Shown here: piece by piece, positions 8,895 to 19,347 of the stretch
Position numbering within the stretch: position 1 is the stretch's first letter
Layout of the letters: each line of letters begins with the position of its first letter
Assembly: GCF_900105015.1 (NCBI RefSeq)
Contig: NZ_FNLK01000003.1
Location: 41,255-73,254 of the forward strand
Direction: 5' to 3'
From: Schaalia meyeri
GTDB taxonomy: Bacteria; Actinomycetota; Actinomycetes; Actinomycetales; Actinomycetaceae
DNA: 32,000 nucleotides
Position numbers and translations under genes: made by a program
The notes under the pieces: generated by a model
Databases searched by the model: none
Seen by the model: only the letters and a program-made list of their open reading frames with translations
What the model was told of the DNA's origin: nothing

Positions 8895-11237
8895 TCACTC
8901 CTCGGAAGCGCCTTCCTCACGGTCGTCGTCGCGGCGCCGACGCGTGCGCGTGCGGGGACGACGTTCACGGCGCTCGCCGCGGTCGCGACGCTCGCGGCGC
9001 TCGGTCTGCTCGCCTTCTGGGACCTCCAGGTCGCCGGCCTCACCGTCGATGACGGCGTGCAGGCTGAGCTTGCCGCGGTCGCCGATCTCGTTGATCTCGA
9101 CCTCGACCTGCTGGCCGACCTGCAGGACGTCGTCCACGGAGTCGATGCGCTTGCCGCCCACCAGGCGACGCACCTGCGAGATGTGCAGCAGGCCGTCCTT
9201 GCCGGGGGTCAGCGAGACGAACGCGCCGAAGGAGGTGGTCTTGACGACAGTGCCAACGAAGCGCTCGCCGACCTCGGGCATCTGCGGGTTGGCGATCTGA
9301 TTGACCATGGTGCGCGCGGCCTCAGCGGAGGCACCGTCCGAGGACGCGATGTACACGGTGCCGTCGTCCTCAATGGTGACGTCGGCGCCGGTCTCGTCCT
9401 GAATCTGGTTGATCATCTTGCCCTTGGGACCGATAACCTCGCCGATCTTGTCCACGGGAACCTTCACGGTGATGATGCGAGGAGCGTTCTGGCTCATCTC
9501 GTCCGGTCCGTCGATCGCCTGGTTGATGAGGTCGAGGATCGCCAGGCGGGCGTCGCGGGCCTGGGCGAGCGCGCCGCGCAGGACCTGGGAGTCGATGCCG
9601 TCTAGCTTGGTGTCCAGCTGCAGGGCGGTGATGAAGTCGCGGGTACCGGCGACCTTGAAGTCCATGTCGCCGAAGCCGTCCTCGGCACCCAGGATGTCGG
9701 TGAGCGTCACGGCCTTGAACTGGCCGTCGACCTCGCCGGTCATGAGCCCCATAGCGATTCCGGCGACGGGCGCGCGCAGCGGGACGCCAGCCTGCAGGAG
9801 CGACAGGGTCGAGGCACACACGGAACCCATCGAGGAGGAACCGTTGGATCCCATCGTTTCGGACACCTGGCGGATCGCGTAGGGGAAGTCCTCGCGCGAC
9901 GGCAGGACGGGGACGAGGGCACGCTCGGCCAGGTCTCCGTGGCCGATCTCACGGCGCTTCGGAGAGCCGACGCGACCAACCTCACCTGTGGAGAAGGGCG
10001 CGAAGTTGTACTGGTGCATGTAGCGCTTGGAGTTAACGGGCGACAGGTTATCGATCTGCTGCTCCATGCGCAGCATCGCCAGGGTGGTCACGCCCAGGAT
10101 CTGGGTCTCGCCGCGCTGGAACAGGGCGGAGCCGTGCACGCGGGGCAGGACCTCGACCTCGGCGGACAGGGAACGGATCTGGCGGGGCGTGCGACCGTCC
10201 ATGCGGATCTCTTCACGCAGGGTGCGTTCCCGGATCGTCGCCTTTTCCAGGGAACGGAACGCAGCCTTGAGGCTCTTCTCACCCTCGGGGAAACGCTCGG
10301 ACAGTGCCTCAAGCATCTCCGCCTTCACGGCGTCAACGGCCTCGTCACGGGCGAGCTTACCCTCGGTGAGCAGGGCCTGGGCGATCTTGTCGCCGGCCCA
10401 TTCCTGGACCGCCGCGTACTCTTCGTCGCTGTAGTCCAGGAACAGCGGGAAGTCGACGGTCTCCTTGGAGGCCTTCTCGGCGACCTTGATCTGTGCTTCG
10501 CACAGGGCCTTGATGAAGGGCTTGGCAGCCTCCAGGCCGTCGGCAACGACGTCTTCGGTGGGAGCGGTGGCGCCGGAGCGGATGAGTTCCCACTGGTTCT
10601 TGCCGCCGCCGGCCTCGACCATCATGATCGCGACATCATCCGTGCCGTCAGCCTTGGTGACAATGCGGCCCGCGACGACGATGTTGAAGACGGAACGCTC
10701 GAGCTCGCTCCAGCGCGGGAACGCGACCCACTGGCCGTCGATGAGCGCCAGGCGGGTGCCGCCGATGGGGCCTGTGAAGGGCAGGCCGGCGATCTGCGTG
10801 GACATGGAGGCCGCGTTGATGGCCAACACGTCGTAGGCGTCGTCGGGGTCGATCGTCAGAACGGTCTCGACGACCTGAACCTCGTTGCGCAGCCCCTTGA
10901 CGAAGCCGGGGCGCAGCGGGCGGTCAATGAGGCGGGCGGCCAGGATAGCCTCGGTGCCAGCGCGGCCCTCGCGGCGGAAGAAGGAACCGGGAATACGGCC
11001 CGCCGCGTACTGACGTTCCTCAACGTCGACGGTCAGCGGGAAGAAGTCGAACTGGTCTTTGGGGTTCTTGCCGACCGTCGTGGCGGACAGGACGGTCGTG
11101 GAGTCGTCCAGGTAGGCCAGGGCGGAGCCCGCGGCCTGCTTGGCGAGGCGGCCAGTCTCGAAGCGCACGGTGCGCTTGCCGAAACGGCCGTTGTCGATGA
11201 TCGCCTCTGCGGCGACGATGTCGGAGCCTTCCATCAT
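8895..11237 (-). CDS. pnp: Polyribonucleotide nucleotidyltransferase (PNPase) with an Arg/Glu-rich C-terminal tail
   Basis: Two RNase PH-like halves. KH motif [30 protein letters not shown] and S1 motif [20 protein letters not shown]. The start is set at ATG 11237 (MMEGSD...) because AAGGAG lies 9 nt upstream. The track ORF start at 11321 lies inside the leader. Confidence 0.93.
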   Translation of the reverse strand: MMEGSDIVAAEAIIDNGRFGKRTVRFETGRLAKQAAGSALAYLDDSTTVLSATTVGKNPKDQFDFFPLTVDVEERQYAAGRIPGSFFRREGRAGTEAILAARLIDRPLRPGFVKGLRNEVQVVETVLTIDPDDAYDVLAINAASMSTQIAGLPFTGPIGGTRLALIDGQWVAFPRWSELERSVFNIVVAGRIVTKADGTDDVAIMMVEAGGGKNQWELIRSGATAPTEDVVADGLEAAKPFIKALCEAQIKVAEKASKETVDFPLFLDYSDEEYAAVQEWAGDKIAQALLTEGKLARDEAVDAVKAEMLEALSERFPEGEKSLKAAFRSLEKATIRERTLREEIRMDGRTPRQIRSLSAEVEVLPRVHGSALFQRGETQILGVTTLAMLRMEQQIDNLSPVNSKRYMHQYNFAPFSTGEVGRVGSPKRREIGHGDLAERALVPVLPSREDFPYAIRQVSETMGSNGSSSMGSVCASTLSLLQAGVPLRAPVAGIAMGLMTGEVDGQFKAVTLTDILGAEDGFGDMDFKVAGTRDFITALQLDTKLDGIDSQVLRGALAQARDARLAILDLINQAIDGPDEMSQNAPRIITVKVPVDKIGEVIGPKGKMINQIQDETGADVTIEDDGTVYIASSDGASAEAARTMVNQIANPQMPEVGERFVGTVVKTTSFGAFVSLTPGKDGLLHISQVRRLVGGKRIDSVDDVLQVGQQVEVEINEIGDRGKLSLHAVIDGEAGDLEVPEGEQTERRERRDRGERRERRPRTRTRRRRDDDREEGASEE

Positions 11238-11376
11238 GGGGGCGTTTCTCCTTGGTGTGTTGGTGTCGCGCTCCACTTCGGCCTTCGATCGAAGCTCCCG
11301 GATGAACGCTCCGGAGGCCACTGTCGAAAACCGGCGGCTTGTGCGCGAAAATGGGGTTTGTCCCAGGCGGGCGCAT

Positions 11377-11413
11377 GAAAACCGGCCCGTCTCCGCAACG
11401 GGAGGCGGGCCGG
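11377..11413 (-). terminator. Intrinsic terminator after rpsO (also the 5' boundary of the pnp leader)
   Basis: Minus-strand CCGGCCCGCCTCC-CGTTGC-GGAGACGGGCCGG: a 13-bp stem including one G-U, with a 6-nt loop (11382-11413). It is followed by TTTTC and starts 8 nt after the rpsO stop. Confidence 0.75.
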
Positions 11414-11420
11414 CACGAAG

Positions 11421-11690
11421 TCAGCGGCGCAGGCCGAGACGCTTGATGAGCGAACGGTAACGCTCAATGTCGATGTCAGCGAGGTAACCCAGCAGGCGGC
11501 GGCGACGACCGACCAGCAGCAGCAGGCCACGACGGGAGTGGTGGTCGTGCGTGTGGGTCTTGAAGTGCTCGGTCAGATCCTTGATGCGCTGGGTGAGCAG
11601 CGCGATCTGCACCTCGGGGGAACCGGTGTCGCCCTCGTGGGTCGCGTACTCGGCGATGATCTGGTCCTTAACGTCCTTGCTCAGCGGCAC
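11421..11690 (-). CDS. rpsO: 30S ribosomal protein S15
   Basis: 89 aa from GTG 11690, with AAGGAG 6 nt upstream: [70 protein letters not shown]... The track start at 11723 adds an unsupported 11 aa. Confidence 0.93.
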   Translation of the reverse strand: MPLSKDVKDQIIAEYATHEGDTGSPEVQIALLTQRIKDLTEHFKTHTHDHHSRRGLLLLVGRRRRLLGYLADIDIERYRSLIKRLGLRR

Positions 11691-11773
11691 AGGCTTCTCC
11701 TTAGTGTTCGTTGCACGGGGCATCCGGGCCTCCCCCGGGTGCTGACAGTCCGCGGCCGATCCACGGCTTTTCT

Positions 11774-11802
11774 ACATTAGCACGCGCACGCCCGGGGACC
11801 AA
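11774..11802 (-). promoter_or_regulatory. Candidate sigma-70-type promoter for rpsO
   Basis: Minus strand TTGGTC (11797-11802), a 17-nt spacer, then TAATGT (11774-11779), about 80 nt upstream of the rpsO start. This is a sequence pattern only. Confidence 0.35.
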
Positions 11803-11927
11803 GAACGAGCGACGAAACTAACGATTCTCCCCGTTACAGCGGGGTCTCCTCCCCCGCCCGCTTCTCTTTTGGTGCCGCAGGCGGATTCGGCGCACGCCCC
11901 GGCAACAAGCACAGGAGAGTCGGGGAG

Positions 11928-12917
11928 CTATCGGGCGGTGACGGAATCGGGGTCGACACGCCCGGCGACGCCGATTCCGAGAATGGAGGCCGTTTGCCGC
12001 AGGTCATCATCCATCTGCGTCAGCAGGCCGTCGAGGGAGTCGAAAGACAGCATGGGGCGGATGCGCGACACGAAGGTGACGGCGATGCGTTCACCGTAGA
12101 GGTTGAGGTCGGAGCGGCCGAGAACGTGCGCTTCGACCGTGCGCGATTCACCATTGAACTGCGGGTTAGTGCCCACGGATATGGCGGCGGGCAGGAACTC
12201 CGCGGATTGGGTGCCGGGAACGGCTCGCACGACCCAGCCTGCGTAGACTCCGTCGGCTGGGATCACCCCTTCGACGTCTTCCGCGAGATTAGCCGTGGGG
12301 AATCCGAGGGTGCGGCCTCGTTTGAAGCCGTGGCAGACGCGACCGCGGATGCGGTGCAGGTGTCCGAGGACGCGGGCGGCACCGGAGACGTCGCCGGCGG
12401 CCAGGAGTTCCCTCACCCACGAGGAGGACCAGCGGCGCCCTTCCGGCGCCTCAATGTCGGCGACAGTGATGACGTCGAAGCCGTAGGTACGTCCCAGCGC
12501 TCGCAGGGTGTCGATCGTTCCCACGTTGCCGCGCCCGAAGCGGAAGTCTTCGCCGACCACGACTTCGCGAGCGCCGCATCGTTCGACCAGGTATTCGTCG
12601 ACGAACTCGTCTGGTTCGAGGCTGTAGACGCTGGCGTCGTAGTGTACGACGAGCGTGGCGTCTAGACCCGCGGCGGCCATTGCGTCGAGACGATCGCGCA
12701 GCGGCGAAATGAGCTGAAGGTGAGCGTCGGGGCTGTGCACCTGGATCGGGTGCGGGTCGAAAGTAATGGCCACGGCATCGACTCCGAGCTTGTGGGCGCG
12801 CTCGATGCAGGTCGCGATGACCTTCTTGTGCCCGTTGTGCATGCCGTCGAAGTTGCCAATGGTGACGACACTGGACTCGTTACCGGGGATTTCTGCGAGG
12901 AAATGCCAGACGTTCAT
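11928..12917 (-). CDS. ribF: Bifunctional riboflavin kinase / FMN adenylyltransferase
   Basis: From ATG 12917: MNVWHFLAEIPGNESSVVTIGNFDGMHNGHKKV (GxFDGxHxGH), and kinase-domain LGFPTANL. The 58-aa Arg/Pro-rich N-terminal extension in the track ORF overlaps truB and is rejected. Confidence 0.9.
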   Translation of the reverse strand: MNVWHFLAEIPGNESSVVTIGNFDGMHNGHKKVIATCIERAHKLGVDAVAITFDPHPIQVHSPDAHLQLISPLRDRLDAMAAAGLDATLVVHYDASVYSLEPDEFVDEYLVERCGAREVVVGEDFRFGRGNVGTIDTLRALGRTYGFDVITVADIEAPEGRRWSSSWVRELLAAGDVSGAARVLGHLHRIRGRVCHGFKRGRTLGFPTANLAEDVEGVIPADGVYAGWVVRAVPGTQSAEFLPAAISVGTNPQFNGESRTVEAHVLGRSDLNLYGERIAVTFVSRIRPMLSFDSLDGLLTQMDDDLRQTASILGIGVAGRVDPDSVTAR

Positions 12918-12928
12918 GCTGTCTCTTT

Positions 12929-13996
12929 CTAGAAAACCAGGACGGTTCGCAGACGCGCCGCGTCGATACGAAGCAGGCCGAGGACGTTTCCGCCGGGGTC
13001 GACGGCTGCGATCGGGGTGTCGTCGATCGCGGAAGCATCGCGGGGGGCGGATCCAGCGCCGAGGAGCGCGAGCCCGACGTCGGCTCCCCACTGTATCAGT
13101 TCGTGGTGTGATCGCCTGGGCGCTTGCCCGTGGGCGAAAGCGTTGGCCTCGGCCCGGCTCAGGAACAGGGATGGGAACATGCTCCTGGCGGCCTCACCAA
13201 GGGGAATCAGCGGCAGGGTCGGCCCGCCTTCGGACGCCCCCTGAGGCTCTGCCCGGTCGACCGCTTCCGTGAGCTCCTTAAGCGTCATCGCGCGCGCGAG
13301 CGAAAAGCCTCCGACTCGTGTGCGGCGCAGCACGGTCAGGTGGGCGCCCACGCCGAGGGCCCGACCAGCGTCGCGGGCCAGGGCTCGCACGTAGGTACCC
13401 GAGGAGCATTCAACTTCGACGTCGACATCAACGACGCACACAGCGCCCACCCGCGTCGCCCCGCCCAGCCGGGCCGAGGCCGCGTCGGGCGTGACGGTCA
13501 GGGGGCGCGGGGGCGCGGGAACCTCCAGGCGTGAGACGTGCACGGGCCGAGCAGCCAGGGCGACGTCCTGGCCGGCGCGAGCCAGCGCGTACGCCCTCTT
13601 CCCCTGCACCTTGATCGCCGATACCGTCGACGGCACCTGCATGATGTCGCCACGCAGGGAAGCCAGTGCCCTCTCCAGGGCGTCGGCAGGCAGGGACACG
13701 CACCCAAGCGTCTGCGTGGGCTCTCCCTCGGCGTCGTCCGTATTCGTCGATATGCCGAAACGGATCGTCGCCCGGTACTCCTTCGAGTGACCGCTCACCC
13801 ACGTGAGCAGTTTCGTGGCTTTACCGATGCCGATAACCAGGACTCCCGTCGCCATAGGATCCAGCGTGCCGCCGTGGCCGACCTTGCGGGTATGAGCCAG
13901 GCGTCGCACCCGCGAGACCACGTCGTGGCTGGTGAGCCCCTGTGGCTTGTCGATGACGAGCAGGCCGGGGCGGGGGTTATCGGGACGGCGAGCCAT
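12929..13996 (-). CDS. truB: tRNA pseudouridine(55) synthase
   Basis: GLLVIDKPQGLTSHDVV and VGHGGTLDPMATGVLVIGIGKATK (catalytic Asp motif); 355 aa. Confidence 0.9.
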   Translation of the reverse strand: MARRPDNPRPGLLVIDKPQGLTSHDVVSRVRRLAHTRKVGHGGTLDPMATGVLVIGIGKATKLLTWVSGHSKEYRATIRFGISTNTDDAEGEPTQTLGCVSLPADALERALASLRGDIMQVPSTVSAIKVQGKRAYALARAGQDVALAARPVHVSRLEVPAPPRPLTVTPDAASARLGGATRVGAVCVVDVDVEVECSSGTYVRALARDAGRALGVGAHLTVLRRTRVGGFSLARAMTLKELTEAVDRAEPQGASEGGPTLPLIPLGEAARSMFPSLFLSRAEANAFAHGQAPRRSHHELIQWGADVGLALLGAGSAPRDASAIDDTPIAAVDPGGNVLGLLRIDAARLRTVLVF

Positions 13997-14002
13997 TGGT
14001 AC

Positions 14003-14452
14003 CTAGGCCCGTTCCTCGTCGGCTGCCTCATCCTGGTCGTCGTGGCGATAGGGATCCGCGTCGCCAGCGTAGGAAGCGCCCGCGGAAGCGGCGGCGATCG
14101 CCTCGTCCTTCGCCTTCGCCTTCGCCAGCGCGTCCTCCAGGGCGGCGGCGCTCTCGGGCAGGGCATCCAGGATGAACTCCAAAGAGGGGGCCAGGCGCAG
14201 CCCGAGGACCTTGCCCACCCGGGAACGGAACAGGCCCTGCGCGGACGTGAACGCTCGGGCAGCCTTCTGGCGTTGCTCCTCGTCTCCGAGAACCGTGTAG
14301 AAGACGGACGCGTGCTGCAGGTCGCCCGTCACGCGCACGTCCGTGATCGTCACCAGTTCCAGGCGCGGGTCCTTGACCTGCCGCCCGATCATCGACGCGA
14401 CCGTTTGCAGGATCCTCTCCTGCACCTTTCGAACGCGAGCCTCGTCAGCCAT
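14003..14452 (-). CDS. rbfA: 30S ribosome-binding factor RbfA
   Basis: From ATG 14452 (GAAAGGAGG upstream): [54 protein letters not shown]; acidic C-terminal tail. The track N-terminal extension overlaps infB and is rejected. Confidence 0.9.
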   Translation of the reverse strand: MADEARVRKVQERILQTVASMIGRQVKDPRLELVTITDVRVTGDLQHASVFYTVLGDEEQRQKAARAFTSAQGLFRSRVGKVLGLRLAPSLEFILDALPESAAALEDALAKAKAKDEAIAAASAGASYAGDADPYRHDDQDEAADEERA

Positions 14453-14549
14453 CGCGACCTCCTTTCGGGCGCGCGCCCTCGTAGAAACACTTAATGGTAA
14501 GAGATCGGGGTCCGAGCGCACGCCCGGACCCCGACACGTCGCCATGCGA

Positions 14550-17300
14550 TCAGTCACGAGCCTTCTCGCGCATCTCCCAGGTCTCGATGACGTCGCCCTC
14601 GGCGATGTCCTTGTAGCCCAGGGTGATGCCGCACTCGTAGCCCTCACGGACCTCGGTCACGTCGTCCTTTTCGCGGCGCAGGGACGCGATCTCGAGGTTG
14701 TCGGCCACCACGACGCCGTCACGCACCAGGCGCGCCTTGACGCCGCGCTTGATCGTGCCGGAGCGGACGAGAGAGCCCGCGATGTTGCCGAACTTACCGG
14801 AACGGAACACCTGGCGGATCTCCGCGCTGCCCAGCGCGACCTCCTCGTAGATCGGCTTGAGCATGCCCTTCAGGGCGGCCTCGATATCATCGATCGCCGA
14901 GTAGATGACGTTGTAGTACTTGATCTCAACGCCCTCGGCGTCAGCCATCTCGGCCACGCGCTCGGCAGGTCGGACGTTGAAGCCGATGATGACCGCGTTG
15001 TCGACGGTCGCCAGGTTGACGTCGTTTTGCGTGATCGCACCGACGCCTCGGTGAATGATACGCAACGCAACCTCGTCGCCCACGTCGATGCGCAGCAGCG
15101 AGTCCTCCAGGGCCTCGACGGCACCGGAGACGTCGCCCTTGATGACCAGGTTGAGGGTGTCGACCTCGCCCTCGGCGAGGACCTTGTCGAAGTCCTCCAG
15201 GGAAACGCGCTTACGGCGCTTAGCCAGCATTGCCTGACGCTCCGCCGCCTCTCGTTTATCGGCGATCTGGCGGGCGGTGCGGTCGTCGGATGCAACCAGG
15301 AACGAGTCGCCTGCTCTGGGGACGGAGGTCAAGCCCAGGACCGCCACCGGGGCCGAGGGGCCAGCCTCGGAGACGTCGTTACCGGCGTCGTCGAACATGG
15401 CGCGCACACGACCGTGCGAGGAACCGACCACCAGCGAATCGCCGACGCGCAGCGTACCGCGCTGGACCAGCATGGTTGCGACGGCACCGCGCCCCTTGTC
15501 CAGGTTCGCTTCGATGGCTACGCCGCGAGCGTCGGTATTCGGGTTCGCCTCGAGGGTCAGCGCCGCGTCGGCTGTCAGCAAGACGGCCTCCAGCAGCTCG
15601 TGGATACCCTTGCGCTGCTTGGCCGAGATGTTCACGAACATGACGTCGCCGCCGTACTCTTCCGCGACCAGGCCGTACTCGGTCAGCTGGGAGCGGATCT
15701 TGTCGGGGTTTGCGCCGTCCTTATCGATCTTGTTGACCGCCACGACGATCGGCACACCGGCCGCCTGCGCGTGGTTGATCGCCTCCACCGTCTGGGGCAT
15801 GACGCCATCATCAGCAGCGACAACGAGGATCGCGATGTCGGTGACTTGGGCGCCACGCGCACGCATGGCCGTGAAGGCCTCGTGACCGGGGGTGTCGATG
15901 AAGGTGATGCGACGGGGCGTGCCGTCCTCTGCCTTGACCTTCACCTGGTAGGCGCCGATGTGCTGCGTGATACCGCCGTGCTCGCTGTCGACGACGTCCG
16001 TGTGACGGATCGCGTCAAGCAGCTTCGTCTTACCGTGGTCAACGTGGCCCATGACGGTGACGACCGGTGGCCGGGGCGCCATGTTGTCGGCGTCGTCAAG
16101 TTCCTCGGCCTCAAGGTCGATGTCGAAGGACTCCAGCAGCTCGCGGTCCTCGTCCTCGGGGGAAACGACCTTGACGTCGTACCCCAGCTCGGCACCCAGG
16201 GCTTCGAAGGTGTCCTGGTCGAGGGATTGCGTGGCGGTCGCCATCTCGCCGAGCGCAAAGAGGACCGTCACGAGGGCCGCGGGATTGACGTCAATCTTCT
16301 CAGCCAGGTCGGCCAGGGACGCTCCCTGACGGATGCGGATCTGCGCGCCACCTCCGCGCGGGATCGACACGCCGCCGATGACGGGGGCGTTTTGCTGCTC
16401 GTACTCTTGACGCTTCGCGCGCTTTGACTTGCGTCCGCGCTGCGAGCGTCCGCCCCCGCGACCGAATGCGCCCGGCGTGGAGCCGCGACCACCGCGACCG
16501 CCTCCGCGGGGACCACCGAAGCCGCCGCCGTTGTTCTGGGGAGCACCGGTGCGCTCGCCGCCCCCGGGACGCGAGCCGCCGCGACCGCGGCCGCCGCGAC
16601 CAGTGCGCTCGCCACCGCCGTTACCGGGGGAGGCGTTGCGCGCGAAGTTCGCCTGGCCGGGCATCATTCCCGGGTTGGGGCGGTTTCCGCCGGAGCGCGG
16701 TGCGCCGGGACGGGGGCCGCCGCTGCCGGAGCCGCCGGAGCGCGGTGCGCCGGGGCGAGGCCCGCCGCTGCCGGAGCCACCGGAGCGCGGTGCACCGGGG
16801 CGAGGCCCGCCGGGACGGGGCATGCCCTGGGAGGATGCGTACGGGTTGTTACCCGGACGCGGACCGCCGGGACGCGGGCCGCCAGGACGGGCAGGGCGCG
16901 GGCCGTCGGAGCGACGCGGCGCGGGCTTGGGCGCGCCTTCAGGTTTCTTGCCGCGAGGCTTGGGGGCACTCTTGCGTGCGGCAGCGCTCTTCGGAGCACC
17001 GGGCTTGGGCGCGCGAGCCTTCGTTCCTGACGCTTCGGCTGCTTCATTCTTGGGGGCCGCAGGCTTCTTAGCAGCGGGCTTTGCCGCGCTGGGCTTGGGT
17101 ACCTTGGGGGCGGGCTTTGCCTCCGCTTTCTTGGTCTTTGGTGCCGCCGCAAACTTCTCGCGCATCTGCCGCACGACGGGCGGCTCAAGCGAGGAGGACG
17201 ACGACTTGACGAATTCACCTGCTTCCTTCAGGTGCCCCATCAGTTCTTTGCTCGTGATTCCGAGCTCTTTGGCGAGCTCGTGGACACGCAATTTTGCCAC
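14550..17300 (-). CDS. infB: Translation initiation factor IF-2
   Basis: GTG start ([20 protein letters not shown]). It has a long Pro/Gly/Ala/Arg-rich low-complexity N-terminal region. G-domain motifs are [22 protein letters not shown] and NKIDK. 916 aa. Confidence 0.95.
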   Translation of the reverse strand: MAKLRVHELAKELGITSKELMGHLKEAGEFVKSSSSSLEPPVVRQMREKFAAAPKTKKAEAKPAPKVPKPSAAKPAAKKPAAPKNEAAEASGTKARAPKPGAPKSAAARKSAPKPRGKKPEGAPKPAPRRSDGPRPARPGGPRPGGPRPGNNPYASSQGMPRPGGPRPGAPRSGGSGSGGPRPGAPRSGGSGSGGPRPGAPRSGGNRPNPGMMPGQANFARNASPGNGGGERTGRGGRGRGGSRPGGGERTGAPQNNGGGFGGPRGGGRGGRGSTPGAFGRGGGRSQRGRKSKRAKRQEYEQQNAPVIGGVSIPRGGGAQIRIRQGASLADLAEKIDVNPAALVTVLFALGEMATATQSLDQDTFEALGAELGYDVKVVSPEDEDRELLESFDIDLEAEELDDADNMAPRPPVVTVMGHVDHGKTKLLDAIRHTDVVDSEHGGITQHIGAYQVKVKAEDGTPRRITFIDTPGHEAFTAMRARGAQVTDIAILVVAADDGVMPQTVEAINHAQAAGVPIVVAVNKIDKDGANPDKIRSQLTEYGLVAEEYGGDVMFVNISAKQRKGIHELLEAVLLTADAALTLEANPNTDARGVAIEANLDKGRGAVATMLVQRGTLRVGDSLVVGSSHGRVRAMFDDAGNDVSEAGPSAPVAVLGLTSVPRAGDSFLVASDDRTARQIADKREAAERQAMLAKRRKRVSLEDFDKVLAEGEVDTLNLVIKGDVSGAVEALEDSLLRIDVGDEVALRIIHRGVGAITQNDVNLATVDNAVIIGFNVRPAERVAEMADAEGVEIKYYNVIYSAIDDIEAALKGMLKPIYEEVALGSAEIRQVFRSGKFGNIAGSLVRSGTIKRGVKARLVRDGVVVADNLEIASLRREKDDVTEVREGYECGITLGYKDIAEGDVIETWEMREKARD
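16690..16812 (-). repeat. 45-bp in-frame tandem repeat (about 2.7 copies) inside the infB N-terminal region
   Basis: CCGGAGCGCGG recurs at 16690, 16735 and 16780 (period 45 nt). It encodes [15 protein letters not shown] three times in the protein. Confidence 0.85.
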
Positions 17301-17437
17301 ATTTCTCCGTTCCGGAAAGCGCCTCCGGTCCGGAGACGCCCTACTGATATTGCTGGCAGCTCATCGCTGGGTACTCATCGGGTGCCCATCAGCTTCCAAC
17401 CCGCTTCCATTTTCTCGGCGTTGATGGCACACGGCCA

Positions 17438-17725
17438 TCACTGGGTGGTGATCAACTCCTCCACGGCTTCCCACACGTTTTCCGAAACGTCCGCCGTTCG
17501 GAAGGCGCGTGCGAGGGCACGCCTGACCCGAGCGCGCTGAACGCACCCCGCATCGGGATGGATCCACGCCCCTCGGCCCGGAAGAGCCGCCGCCCGGTCG
17601 ACGCGAGTCGAACCGTCCGGCGAGCGTACGATCCGCAACATGTCGGATCGCTGCGCTTTGGCGCCGCATCCAATGCAGGTGCGCTGGGGCCCACGAGTAG
17701 GCACCGGCAGCACGGGATACGACAC
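17438..17725 (-). CDS. ylxR: YlxR/DUF448-family RNA-binding protein
   Basis: RTCIGCG...MLRIV...PGRGAWIHP pattern, 95 aa, sited between nusA and infB. The exact GTG start is uncertain. Confidence 0.8.
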   Translation of the reverse strand: MSYPVLPVPTRGPQRTCIGCGAKAQRSDMLRIVRSPDGSTRVDRAAALPGRGAWIHPDAGCVQRARVRRALARAFRTADVSENVWEAVEELITTQ

Positions 17726-17769
17726 AATCCCCTAGCTTAGTCCAGCTGGGGGATTGCTCGTCTGAGATT

Positions 17770-18798
17770 CTATGAGCGACTTGTCACGTCATCGGGAGCG
17801 GAGACCCTCGATGCGGTCGCGTCGTCACCGGTTTCTGTGTCGGCATGAATGTCGATGTGGTAGTTCGTCAAGCGCGCGGCCAGACGCGCGTTCTGACCTT
17901 CCTTACCGATGGCGAGGGAGAGCTGGAAATCCGGGACGATCGCCGTCGCGGTGCGGTTGTCGACGGAGTGGACGACAACGCGGGTGACGCGCGCCGGGGA
18001 CAGCGAGTTCGCGACGAAGCGCGCCGGGTCTTCGGAGTAGTCGACGATGTCAATCTTCTCGCCGCCCAGCTCAGCCATGACGGAGCGCACGCGCGCCCCC
18101 ATCGGACCGATGCAGGCGCCCTTGGCGTTGATACCGTCGCGGGTGGCCGCAACCGCGATCTTGGTGCGGTGGCCCGCCTCGCGAGCAATCGCCCTAATTT
18201 TCACGAGGCCCTGCTGGATTTCGGGGACCTCACGCTGGAAGAGTCCTGCCACGAGGTTCGGGTGCGTGCGGGACAGGGTGACGCGGGGACCGCGCTCGGT
18301 GCGTTCGACGCCCACGACGTAGGCGCGGATGCGGTCGCCGTGGCGGTAGGCCTCGCCGGATACCTTTTCACCGTCGGGCAGGATGGCCTCGAAGTCGTCG
18401 GAGACCTGGATCATCGTCGGGCGCCCGGGGCGCGAGGCCTGGATGGTGCCGGTGATGACCTGACCTTCACGGCCGGCAAAGTCACCGAAGACGCGCTGGT
18501 CGTCTGCGTCGCGCAGACGCTGCATGATGACGGAACGCGCGGTGGACTGCGCGATGCGCCCAAAGTTCTTGGGTGTGTCGTCGAATTCACCGATGGGGTT
18601 GCCGTCTTCATCTTCGTCCATCGCCATGACGGTCACGCGGCCGGTCTTTTTATCGATTTCGATGCGAGCCTCAGAGATTGCTCCAGGCAGGTTGTGGTAA
18701 GCCTTGAGCAGCGCCTCTTCGATGGCGTCGACCAGGGTCTCGAGGCTGACGCCCTTCTCGTTTTCCACCATCCGCAGAGCGGTCATATCGATTTCCAT
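17770..18798 (-). CDS. nusA: Transcription termination/antitermination factor NusA
   Basis: N-terminal LVDAIEEALLKAY, an S1 segment GQVITGTIQ, and KH regions including ARFVANSLSPARV and LSLAIGKEGQNARLAARL; 342 aa. Confidence 0.93.
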   Translation of the reverse strand: MEIDMTALRMVENEKGVSLETLVDAIEEALLKAYHNLPGAISEARIEIDKKTGRVTVMAMDEDEDGNPIGEFDDTPKNFGRIAQSTARSVIMQRLRDADDQRVFGDFAGREGQVITGTIQASRPGRPTMIQVSDDFEAILPDGEKVSGEAYRHGDRIRAYVVGVERTERGPRVTLSRTHPNLVAGLFQREVPEIQQGLVKIRAIAREAGHRTKIAVAATRDGINAKGACIGPMGARVRSVMAELGGEKIDIVDYSEDPARFVANSLSPARVTRVVVHSVDNRTATAIVPDFQLSLAIGKEGQNARLAARLTNYHIDIHADTETGDDATASRVSAPDDVTSRS

Positions 18799-18804
18799 GG
18801 TCTC

Positions 18805-19275
18805 CTACTTCCCCGTTGCGAAGTCGACGCGGGAGCGCGCCTTCCTCATATCCTGATAGTCAATGGTAGTCGTTGTGCCGTCGACTTCGATCGTTGCGCT
18901 GGTCCCGTCGGCATCGACGACGCGGCCGCAAACGTATCCCCCCGCGCGAAGCTTGATGCGAACGAGGCGTCCAATCTGGCGCAGCCAGTGCCCGACCTTG
19001 GTGAGTTCGCGCTCGGCTCCGGGGGTGGACACCTCAAGCAAATATTCGCCATCGATCGGGTCAGCCTCATCCAGCGCTTTCGACACGGCACGGGACACGC
19101 TCGCCAGGGTGTCCGAGTCGATATCCTCCGCACCGACCGGAGCATCAACGATGACCCGCAGGAGGGGCATCGCGTCGGAGCGTGACCGGCTCACCGAATC
19201 CAGTTCCAGTCCCGACTGTGCGGCCACGGGAGCCAGCAGCTCCTCAAGCGGTCCATCTGACGTGGACGATGCCAT
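18805..19275 (-). CDS. rimP: Ribosome maturation factor RimP
   Basis: LLEVSTPGAERELT motif and position upstream of nusA. ATG at 19275; the track ORF begins 3 codons earlier at a TTG (19284). Confidence 0.85.
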   Translation of the reverse strand: MASSTSDGPLEELLAPVAAQSGLELDSVSRSRSDAMPLLRVIVDAPVGAEDIDSDTLASVSRAVSKALDEADPIDGEYLLEVSTPGAERELTKVGHWLRQIGRLVRIKLRAGGYVCGRVVDADGTSATIEVDGTTTTIDYQDMRKARSRVDFATGK

Positions 19276-19347
19276 ATGCGCCAATCTTTCTTCTCGCGTA
19301 CGCGGGTCAGTTACCTATCTTACCCGCGGGTGTGGGATGATGCGGGT

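Noticed and set aside
11238-11321. N-terminal extensions proposed by the ORF track for pnp (to 11321), rpsO (to 11723), ribF (to 13091), rbfA (to 14647), ilvB (to 26442), rnj (to 5065) and the transporter (from 26574).
   Set aside because: The extensions overlap upstream genes, terminators or leaders. They are Arg/Pro-rich or low in third-position GC. Good SD sequences and conserved N-termini are found at the internal starts given in the feature list.
14343-16427. Very long plus-strand ORFs antisense to real genes. Examples are 14343-16427 (694 aa), 20592-22691 (699 aa), 5264-7003 (579 aa), 9939-11378, 3734-5038, 2418-3719, 25267-26577 and 17845-19185.
   Set aside because: Each lies exactly opposite a confidently identified minus-strand gene (infB, sialidase, dapA/GNAT/dapB, pnp, rnj, PfkB, ilvB, nusA). 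Their translations are monotonous Arg/Gly/Asp/His/Val-rich strings with no motifs. This is typical of stop-codon-poor antisense frames in high-GC DNA.
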